Shown here in pieces: positions 27,432 through 39,100 of a DNA stretch of 64,000 bases. This DNA is from Chrysomallon squamiferum (taxonomy: Eukaryota; Animalia; Mollusca): assembly GCA_012295275.1 (NCBI GenBank), contig CM022665.1, forward strand, positions 31,434,001-31,498,000. The letters are read 5' to 3'. The notes beneath the pieces were generated by a model. The model worked only from the letters and a program-made list of their open reading frames with translations. It had not been told where the DNA came from and did no database searches. Numbering within the stretch: position 1 is the stretch's first letter; every line of letters begins with the position of its first letter. A program made the position numbers and the translations under genes.

Positions 27432-30146
27432 ACAGTATACATAACATTATGGAAAATGGAAAAGGGAAAACAATGACAAACATTTATGATTTGCAAATAA
27501 TAATAATAACAATAGCAATAAAAATAACAGATTGCAGACTTACAGAACTTTCATGTAACTGAGCTTCCAGTGTTGGAATATCTCCACCTGCTGGATCTTC
27601 AGCATGCAGGAACACATCCATTTCATCCATCCAGCGGGTCAAACCCACCAGCTGATTCTGCAAAGAATAAAATAAAATGAAAGTAAATCATTTACTTTGA
27701 TGACACTCTGAAAACAAATCGGTCTTTGCTGAAGTCTTTGGACTTGATATTACATAGTACTGGATTTATAAAAGCATTCTTCATTTTATTTTCTTATCCT
27801 TTTCATTCATTTATTATTTTAATTAATGTAATTATTTGTATTGCTTAAATTTTTAAAATCATAATTTATTTCTTGTAACTCTTTTTGTTGCAGGATTTGA
27901 AATGTATTACAGAATTGCTTAAACTAACTGAGCTGATATATTTTGGCACCTGAACTTTATATCAAAGAGTTTTTCTAACCAGAGATCCACCCACGGGCCA
28001 CTTGGGTGTTTTCACATTAAAGTAATTGACATGCTTTTCTCAGTTTCTGTTAATACCACTGGTTATATTTATCTGAACATTGAAAAAAAATTATTTTGAG
28101 AAATTGATTTTTTGTTTTAAGTAGTTAAAAGAAATTTAAAGAGAGAAAGAAAGAAAGAAATAGTAAACTATTCTTAAACCTGATATTTTATGAATTTTTT
28201 TATTTTTTATTTTTTATTTTTTTTAAATAACAGACTGTTTAGCTAGCTTTATTTAATATTAACCAGCCCAGTAATTTCTGGTACACACCTTAGGCTGTTA
28301 GGTGGATATGTATTTTATTTTTTGGCATCCTATTATAACATGCTGTTGTTTTAAACTGAACAAATATAAATACTATTAACAAAAGAAAATATATTCTATT
28401 TTTAAATATATCTTACCTGATATTGTTTCATCTGACTAATACATCTCTCCAACTTGCCCAAGCGTTCACCAATTGCTGTTGAAACATCAGTCCAGCGGCC
28501 GTTGAGGTTTTTCAAATCCTTGCTCAGGTTGCTGGATTTTTCCTTGTCTTCAGTTTTCTGTACAAGATCCTGTCCAGTCTTGTTAATGTAATCCAAACTG
28601 CTCTGATGATCTTTGAGGTCTTGCTGTAATTCCTGACAAAGACACAAAATTTATTTTTAATTTTATATTCCCATTAATGAACAGATTTTATTTTATTTCT
28701 AGTTTAAAAGTTACTTTTAACCTCATTTTCCATTAATGAATAGAAATTATTTCATTCTCTTGCAGTTTCAACAATTATAAAAGTAACAGTTAAGAAGAAA
28801 AAATCTTTTTACGTTTGGTGATCCAAAAATGGAAATTGTTTTATTAATTTAGTTTTAACATTTAATGTACTGTTTTGTGTATGTCTATAATCAAATATAG
28901 TTCAGCTTAGCTCAATGAATTTTGAAAACAGTATCAAAACATTAAGTATGGAATGCTTACATTATTTCAATTCTAAACATACTCATATTGTATCACATAA
29001 AACAAAAAATAAATAAATAATAAATAAATTAAAAGGATGTTTATGACAATTCAGTACATAGTATAAAATCCAAAATTGTCTGTAATATTAAACACTTGTA
29101 GTATTTTTGGAAAAAAGCTTGTTAAACACAATTTACATTTTTATAAAAATCTAGATAAAAACATATTTACGGAACACAAAATTTCAAAAAGCATTGTATA
29201 AATAATCTGATTTCTTCTTCCAAAAACATTACAAGTGTAAACATCAAAAGAAAATTATCCAACAGTTCTAGGATTTGAAAATAATTACTGGTATTGATAT
29301 ATATATGTTCTTTTCATGATTTTTTAAATAAAATGTATAATATTTAGTTCGGACAAAATAGCTATGTTAAAAATTTGTAACAGTTGATCTCATTTTGTTA
29401 TTTTACCTTAGCTTTATTGTTTTTTAAAGAAAGAGAAATATTTTTAAAAATTTAAACCTCAATAAATAAAATAAATAAATAAAAAAAATCCTTTAAGACA
29501 AATAAGGTTTTGTTGTTGTTATTGTTGCTGTTGTTTTTATACTCTATTTAAGAGTAATTATTAGTTCAGTGATGTAAAAATAGTAATAACAAACATTACA
29601 CTGTGAAATAAATTCTTAATTTTAATAAATCTAATAAGATTTATTAAATTCAATAATCTCTCCTCACTCTGAAATCTGACTAATTTCTGTTATATTTATC
29701 CATCAAGCAATATTTAGATACTAAATAAATAAAAAAAGACACAAAAAAAAACAATACACAAATAAATACAATTTTAAACATATAAACACACACACACACA
29801 CACGCGCATGCACAAAATTACATACATGTATACATTCCATATGTTACATACACAGATGTGTGCATTAACACATGCACAAATGCACATAACAAAACACATT
29901 CACGTAAGTATTCACCCGATATTGCTGCAACTGTTCCTCCATTGTGTCTACAGTTGTCATGGATATCTTTTCTGACTGCAAAATGCCCTCCATATCAGTG
30001 AGCCATCTGATAATTGCACTCATAGCTTCCAGGTAAGATTTGGAGGGTGCTTTTGCCAGAGCTTCACTAAGCAATCTATTCCTCTCCCCTACAAAATACA
30101 AAATGTTTTTTTTTTTTAAAAATATGCAACTTATCTCTATGTAAAA

Positions 30147-30189
<43 letters not shown>

Positions 30190-33100
30190 ATATTTAATAA
30201 AATAATAATAACAATAGAAAATACATTAACTGATTTCTTTCATTCTTCAACTTAGGAAACTTCAAAGACAAAATATCTCTGAAGCTAAGAGATTATTTTT
30301 CAAATTGGAAAAAAAATAACAATTTATTTTTGTGCTCAAAGTTTTTCATTTTATAACAGTTTTTGTTTTCTGTTTTATAGGTACATGAAAACAGAGACAG
30401 ATGGAAATGATGAACCAAGCAATTTAAGAAAAAAAATTAAAAGTTGTAACAGTAAGAAAAGTTTTGATTTTTACTGTTAGAAGTTTAAAAATATATATAT
30501 ATATATATATATTGGAATGAAAAAAATCACTTAAAAGAAAATTTTTATAATATACTAGGTCACAGTAACATTAACAAATGAAAAACAGTTTTAAACATTT
30601 ACAAAACAGTACAGAAAGATTTTTTTATTTATTTAAATTTACTTTATTTTTTTTTATAGTTGTTTAAATGCTAGATATTCAAAAAGAGGTTGTAATTTCT
30701 GTTAAATTCTTGGAAATGAAAGTGATTATTTAAACTATATGAAATCACAAGATGAAGACAATTTATACACACAGACATTTTTACACAAAAGACAAAAATA
30801 ACATATTTTTATTCATGCAATTTATTATATCAAATAGAATATTCTGGTGAAATATCTTTCTACTTAACACATAAATAAAATGTATAAAAATACGAAAATG
30901 AAGTGAAAACTAATCACTGGAAGCATGATGGTGATAATGAGCAAATGAAGAAATCAAGTTGAACTGAACATGCAATATGGAATACATGCATGACATGATA
31001 TTTGATAAAACTAAAATTTATATTCTTTCATCTACAATAATTACATTTAATTAGCAGATCCTTACCTACAGCTAAATATATATTTTTAAAATTTTAGTTG
31101 TTTTTGTTTTTATCATAACCATTTAGATAAATAGGGTTATTTATTAAATACAGATAATAATTCTGCAATACCATTTAGTTATAATTATTTTTTGTTGGGT
31201 TTAATAACAATCAATGTAATTAATGAGATCAATTTTTAATTTAGTTTGTAAACTACAATGAACTAATATAAATTTAAAAATCCCTGATAAAATCTGTAAC
31301 ATAGATGTTTAGAAAATGTTTTTGAAAATTGTTTAATTATTATTTTTAAAACATTAAATAATAATAATAATAATGTTATAGTTAAAAATTAAAACATTAA
31401 TTAAATAACTTATTATATCTGTTTTTAAAATATACTGTATAAATAATAAATAAATAAATAAATATTATTCAATAATTTAAATTACACAATATTAACTTAT
31501 ATTTACTGATAATCATTCATTAAAAATTAAAAAATAAATATATATATATATATATATATTTTTTTTTTAATTATAAAATGTTTAACATACAACACATATA
31601 GTATACATTAGATGAAATCTCTACAAATTATAAAAACATAAAACATTTACATTCAGTACTGAAAAATAATATATTATAATAGAGTGACAGACATATTATT
31701 ACATATTATCTATTTTACTTACAATCCTCAGCATCTGTAATAAAGATTTCTTATATAAACAATTTCTGGCAGAAACACGAAATAAGTGCTGAGGTGATTA
31801 TCAAAATTTTAAATTAATAATAAATTAATTTATGTAAACTTATATATTTTATTTGCTTTAAATTTATTTAACTTCATTTTCAAGTTTTATTTAGTAATAT
31901 TTACATCTAGGTAATTAATATAAAATGATAAAATATAAATATCACTCTCACAGTAGACATGTTTAATGTATTTAATGTATTTTGATATTTTAATGTATTT
32001 ACTTACTTATTTCATTTAATGTAAATATAATTTAATATATTAAATCAATATTAGACTGATGAAAGAAGATGTCAGTTTTATATGAAGGTTAATGTATGGA
32101 TGGGATTGCAAAAGACATACAAAATCGTACAGTATGTATCATACTGCAACAAAAAGGATACATGTAATACACACCAGATATGCAACATAAATATTATATA
32201 AAATAAGTATATTGCGACATAAATATTATATAAAATAAGTATATTGTGACATAAATATTATATAAAATAAGTATATTGTGATATAATTATTATATAAAAT
32301 AAGTATATTGTGACCTTGAGCATCAATTTGTTTAAAAACATTATCAAAATTTTAAAAAGTGTATATGTAAACTGCATATATAATAATAAAAACAAATTAC
32401 TTAGTCATTAATTTTTTTCTTATTATCAGTTTACATTAAAAATATACATTAAAAACTATAACAATGATTCTCTGCAAAGAAAGGTTTTTGAAAATATGTC
32501 ATGATAAATAAAATCTGTAACTAACCCATTTTCTGTAAAGTATTCATCCATCTAATATTGAAAGTCTCCAAGTCTTTTATGACTTTTTCTGGTCCATGAA
32601 GATGTTTCACAATTATTTCCCCTTGTCGTCTAAGACTGTCTACTCTGTCTTCATGGGATTTCATAGCTTTTAATTTCACCTTCAGAAAATTAAATTTTAA
32701 AATAAATTTTAATAAAATAACTGAAACATTAGTCTTTTAATGTAAATAAAAGATTTTCTTTATATTAAGATATATATAGTCGTATTTGTGCAAAGAGATT
32801 TTCTGTGTGAAGAGACATTATTAATGAATTTTAACTTCATATGCGAAAATAAATTTAATATTAGATATGAAAAAAAAATATGAAATAAAATGAAAAAACA
32901 AAACAAAAATAAAAATAATAATAATAACTATTTCTTTAATGTAAATACTAGACATATTGGCACAGATAAACTCAGGGATTTGTTTTAAGAGAATTTCTAT
33001 TGAAATGAACATTATTATTTAGCTTCATATATTAAAATAAATACATCTAGATACAGATAACAGAAATTGTATTTCTTTGAAATCTAAATCCATTGCATTT

Positions 33101-36100
33101 AACACAACAAAATGAAACAAAATAAAACAGATCAAAGAAAAAAGAAAAAGAAAAAATTCTTGCACACACTTAACATTCCTTGCACACTGTCATCAGTCCT
33201 TCTACATTCCACACAACACATACCTTGCACTGATCCAGCTGTCTGCTGATGCTGGATGTTTCCTCTGCTATTTCTTCTACAGTACTCATCCATTTCTCAT
33301 AGCTAAGTATGAGCTCCTGCAGACTGGACAGCTCAGCATAGAATTTCTTTGTTTCCATGTTCATGTCCACCTTGGTCTGAGTTTGTGACAAGAGCTTGTT
33401 AATTTCTTCCCAACGAGTTTCTAACTTCCGGGTGGTAGCCAGTACATCGTCATTTGAAGCACCTACTGTATGTATGTAAAAACATATTTATATAATTTAT
33501 ATCTGTACATTTGCAGTGCAAATAAGATAATGTCAGTAACATATGTTTTGTCAAAATATTTACTTTTGGAAAAATGCTTTATTTACTTCATTTTATTTAT
33601 TCTAGTATTACTACTTAGCTTCATATTCTATTATAATATGGAGTTTTTAAAAATGTATTTATTTAATTTTTGCTTTCTAGATCTATTTATTCAATGTTTT
33701 GATAAAATAATTTTAACATATTACTTTATAATGTGATATGTATTTTTAAAATAATATAAAAAGTTTTGCCGAAGTTTTACCAGTGACAACAGATACTTTG
33801 TGAGTATTATAGTTTTCATTATTTTAGATATCATATTTAATAAAATAACTGCTATTGACATAAAAATCACTTACAACTTTTGAGTTCTGCTGCAACAGTT
33901 TTTCCTAGTTTGAGCACATCATAAACATGGTTTGTATGAGCCTTCACGTCATTCTCAGTATCCTGAAAAACACATTTAGTTTCATAAAATACAAGCAAGA
34001 TTTAAAAAAAAATAATAATAAAAAATACTTTCAGCACCTGGACACACTTCTCCCCACATGACTGGAGGATATTCCCCAAAATCTTATCTTTATTACTGAT
34101 AAAAACAGAATGCTAACCCAGTGCAAATTTTCAAAAAATGAACTGCTTTATCAACTGGTTTCTTTCAAAGTATCAGTTGTTTTAATTTGATATTCAGAGT
34201 AACTAATTTAGTTCATTTCCATATGCCTTTATTCCAGTACTGTGGTTGAAAAAACACCATCAGTACTGTAGTGGTTAAGCCATCACCTCAAGACTGGAAG
34301 ATTATAACACTTATTCACAGCTAACTGGGACTGTGTGAAATTGGTAATTTCTCTCTTTTCTTTTAAAAATCTTCAAACAATATCATGAATAAACAACCCT
34401 GGCCCATGCATTATAGGTCCTGGACAACATCACTGAATTTTCAGTTAAGAACATCTTAAAAAGTTGACTAGTATAAGAACAAAACCTGAATCAAGACTTG
34501 CTGTTCTTCCACAGTGAACTGTTCCTCACTTGAAACAGAATCACACACCAAAAGTTCCAGATTTGACTCCACTTTGTCAAACCATTCTTTCAGTTTCTTG
34601 GATTCAATGTCAAACTGGACCTTGTTGGCTGATTCTAATTTACGTTTATATGTCGATCCTTGTAGCTTTGTCAATCTGGCTTCTTCCGAAACTTCAGTTA
34701 TTGTTTCTTCTTCTATCTTACTCAGATCAACACCTGAGCTGGCAATCTACAAAAAATAAATTCATAAAGTAGGTACCAGCAGGCAAATTTTGTCTGACTT
34801 TAATTTCACATAATATGCAAAAAAAATAGCACATAATGAAAGCTGTAGCAAAAAGAATGAAAACACACCAAAAATTATGACTATCTCCAGTGGTTAAAAA
34901 GATATATGCAGATTGGTACGACAGGTATTTGGTTGTTTTTTAGCCCTATTTTGGCTAATTAGCAGAAAGGGCTACTTCGGCCAACTGTAGTTTGAAAAGT
35001 AATTGACACAAAAGACTGAAAATCAACAGGAGTGATGGTACCAACTTGCTAAATGAGCTCAATTTTTTTCAGACCTGTATGTTTGTATGTGTGTTCACAA
35101 TAACATGCTGAAAATGCCAAAATCTTCAAAATGACACGTGGCAAAATGACTAAAAGTTCAAATAGACACTGTGGTTTCAGTTTTTGTCTTATTTGACAAA
35201 TGACATACTTGAATTTAACATTTGTAATAAAAAAATAAAAAAAAATTCTGCCAAGCCCATAAAAAAATGTTTACCTTTTCAATTTATATAGAACAGCACA
35301 ACTTTATTTACATAAGCAGCTTCAATTTTCACTCTGTTAAATAATTGGTAGTAATAAGTTAAGATACTGTGATATGTATATATCACATATATATAAATGT
35401 TACTTAAAAGGTCTACAAGCATTTGATGTTTAACCATAATCCTTTGCAATACATGAACTCAGCTAATCCTTGGAGTCAACTCCAGAAAGGTGTTGCAGGT
35501 ATTAATTAGGGACAATAAAATGTATGTAATCATGAGACTAGAGGCAATTAAAGACACAGGTGTTATAAGTCTGTCATTTGAAGCAAACATAAAATAATTT
35601 TCTTAGCTTTGTACTTGCTGTGATTTGACAGCAAACAAGTTACCTATCATCTGACCATTGTTGAAATTTTCTCTGATAGAACTGATCAATTTATGATTTT
35701 ATATTTTAAAAAAAGTGATTAGATTTTTATTCAGCATTCCATCAATACCTCTGAATACATTGTTCTATTATGTTGTAGAGTTTGTTATGTTTACGATTCT
35801 TAATTCGATGTTTATCGCAAGAATTTTGAAAGCAAAATAATTGACTGTTTTAAACTGAAGATAGTAATTGGCAAAACAATGTTAATTTTATTTATTTCAG
35901 AACGCGTTTTCGCTACGCATGTGCTATAATGTATACGCTAAAAGTAAGAACATTGAAGAAAAACCAACAGTCAACAAGTTATTAAAACTATAAACAACAT
36001 ATAAATATAATCATTTTAAACAGCGCCAGACCTTTCTAGCTGTACCTACGATTTACGGAGATTTCATTCTGTAAAAAAATGTAACGTAATGGCGATTTCG

Positions 36101-39100
36101 CTAAGCATGTGCTACGTTCAAATGCAGAGCTTGTTTTCGCCAAAGACGACACACCACAGTGTCGCACATTGTTTGAAAGGTAAGTGAATGATCTTTCATT
36201 TGATCCCGTGAATATAGGTTTTATTTTCAGCCAGTTTTTTTCAAAATAGGTTTGAAGGCATGAAAAAGTACATTTTTGGACACAACTTTTGATATAAGCC
36301 ATTGCTGGCAACGACATGCACACGGTTAGATTGAAAGATTGAACTTTGACCCTGCTAGACATGCTAAAAATAACATTGAAGTCATTTTGGTGAAAACAAG
36401 CCAAGCATATGTAGAGAGCCCCTATTTTATGACTTTTTACTCCACACTGTTAATTGCTGACCACATGCGCCGAAGTGCGTTTATCCCCATTGCATTCAAC
36501 ACTCTCGTACAAAGAACTGATTCAACATACAACAAGACCAATACCACCATTTAAAAGAGCACATAAAGATCTTTAGTTAAATGTTTTTTATGATAGGATT
36601 TATAGAAGGGATTTGGGAATGGACGAAAATGGACAAAATCTGAACTTTTAACAGCTTCGACCAATTATATATGCTAGGTTGCCAGTACCTACATAAAGTG
36701 GTTATTAAATCATCATGAGAAATCAGAAGAATTTTTATTTACTGCCTTCCATATTTGAAAGATAAGTCCTTTGTGAAGGAAAAAAGAAATTATTGCTTAC
36801 ATATGCATTAAATTTAGTTTTCCATAACTACAAATTTTATAGCTGTAGTTTTAAACTTGACACTAATTTAAATGAAAATATATAGATTCATCTTCTCAAG
36901 TTTTAAAGTTTTTATTTATATCTTGCATTTACTTAAGAAGTTATTAAAAATGAACTTTTTAAGATATTAAAAACAAAATAATTGAAAAAAGCATGAAACT
37001 ATTATATAATGAACCTCTTTGCTTTGATATTCCATCTGCAGTACAAGATGTTCCCATCTTTCTTGGAACTCTTCAAGCTGTGAGGATATCTTATCTATTG
37101 CTGACTGATTGTCGACATACTGAACAATTTGCTGTCCGCATTCATTTAGTTCATCAAATCTCTGAACTTGTACCACCATGTCCTTTTCAATAGACTGAAA
37201 TAAATAGTCATTAGGAGATTACAAAGTTTGAAGACTACAGAAACAAACAAATAAAAATGCACACCTCACTAAAGAATACAACAAGAAAAAGTATATACAT
37301 TTCTAAATATTTAGACAAACTAAAATAAATAAATTAAAGATGCTAAAATATTTAACTTAAATAAATAATCTTAAAGGTTTTTATTCTTAAAGCTTTGCCA
37401 AAAGAACCTGTTCTCGTTAATTAAACAAATTTATCTTTCTTCAATTTTTTTTTTTAAAGACTTGCTTCAGATGTTTGATGTTTAATTTCAAAACAAAAAT
37501 TACAAACATGTTTCTTTTCAGATATTAGAATTATAAAGTTTTGTTATTATCAAAATTTTAAATGGCATAAACAGTTAGTGGGTTTTTTTTTTTTTTTTTT
37601 TTTTTTTGGTTTCTTCCAATTTTTATTACTAATTAAGAAATTGCCAAGAGAACAAAAACAAATTGCATAAAAAATATGTTCTAAATAGTATCAGCATAAA
37701 CACATACCTTCAAGTGTTTGACTTGTGCCACAACTTGTGCTGGATCAGAAATATCAGCCAATCGCATTTGTCCTAACAGTTGTTCTTTTTGTGATAACCA
37801 ATCAGCAAACATGTCTTGTTCATCTTTGAAATGCTGCCATTTGAGTAGAACTTCCTGTAATAATATCCACTGTTTTTCTGTCCACCTACAGATGGAAGCC
37901 CATCTTTTCCCCAGTGATTCTAACTGCTTTTCCATTGCTTCACAAACTACAAGAAAACAGTTGTAAGAAATAACGTATTCTTAAAATATAGAAATTAGTT
38001 CTGGGAAACATAATCATAATGCAGTATAATTTTTCTGCTTTATCTTACCATATACAAATTAACTCTTGAGTTAGAGTATACTGTATGTCACTATTTCATC
38101 AATTTATTATTATTTTTTTTTTTTAAAATCTCTCAGGTAATTTATTTTTTATAAAAAAAAAACATGGTGTGAATATTACATTAGCTTAGTTATTTTGAAA
38201 CTTCTGCCTGTATAAGGTAAGGAATGCAGCAGTATTTTATTATTAAAATTTATTAACTTTTTCACTAAAGTACTTGAATACATAAGAAAAATAATTTTTT
38301 GCTAAAAGAAGATCAATTTGAATATCAAGGAAATGCATTTGTATGAGATTTTATGTAAACAATGGATCAAAAACAATGAATAAGGTCTCTACTGAAATGC
38401 ATGAGCAAGAAGTCAATGGACGAAAGTTATAAAAATGGATACAACTTACCAGTCTCGGTGTTTGTGTCATCAACTATCACCACCATATTCTGTAGACTAT
38501 CCACTCTTTTCTGCTGGGTCTCAAGTGATTCCTGGATTTTCTGTAATAACATTAGAAGTATTAACAGATAATCCAAAGCTTTATATTTACTAAATGTAAA
38601 GATTTATGACAATATGTTTCTTTTTTATGGGGATTTGTTGACATATTTGTATTTTCATCATTTAAAATGTTTTGCATTTACTTATGTTTTGTTTCTTGGA
38701 TATTTTCATTGAAGTTTTTACATCACTATATGTTCTTTCTAAAAACGTGATAATATACCTTGTGGTCTTCAACCTGTTGTTTTATTGTCTCAAGATCTGA
38801 GCCAATGGGTTCCTGGTTGGCAATGCATTCTTCCATCTGAGACAGCCATTTCTCCAGCTCATCGAGTTGCTGCTGTTGCAGATCCATTAGAATCTGCTGC
38901 AGTCTGTAAAAAGATTATATATATATAATTATTTAATGAAATCTCAAGATATTTTAATATTAACTATTATTACGTAACAGTTATAATTATATTTTACATA
39001 AAACAATGATTATTCTTTTAAATTAGTAGTAAAGAGTCTTTTACATAAATCATCACAGAGGAAAGTATATACAACAACCTTGGATAACTACATTTGTTTG

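Noticed and set aside
36036-36554. ORFs of 122 and 71 aa inside the putative transposon
   Set aside because: No recognisable transposase, DDE or zinc-finger motifs.
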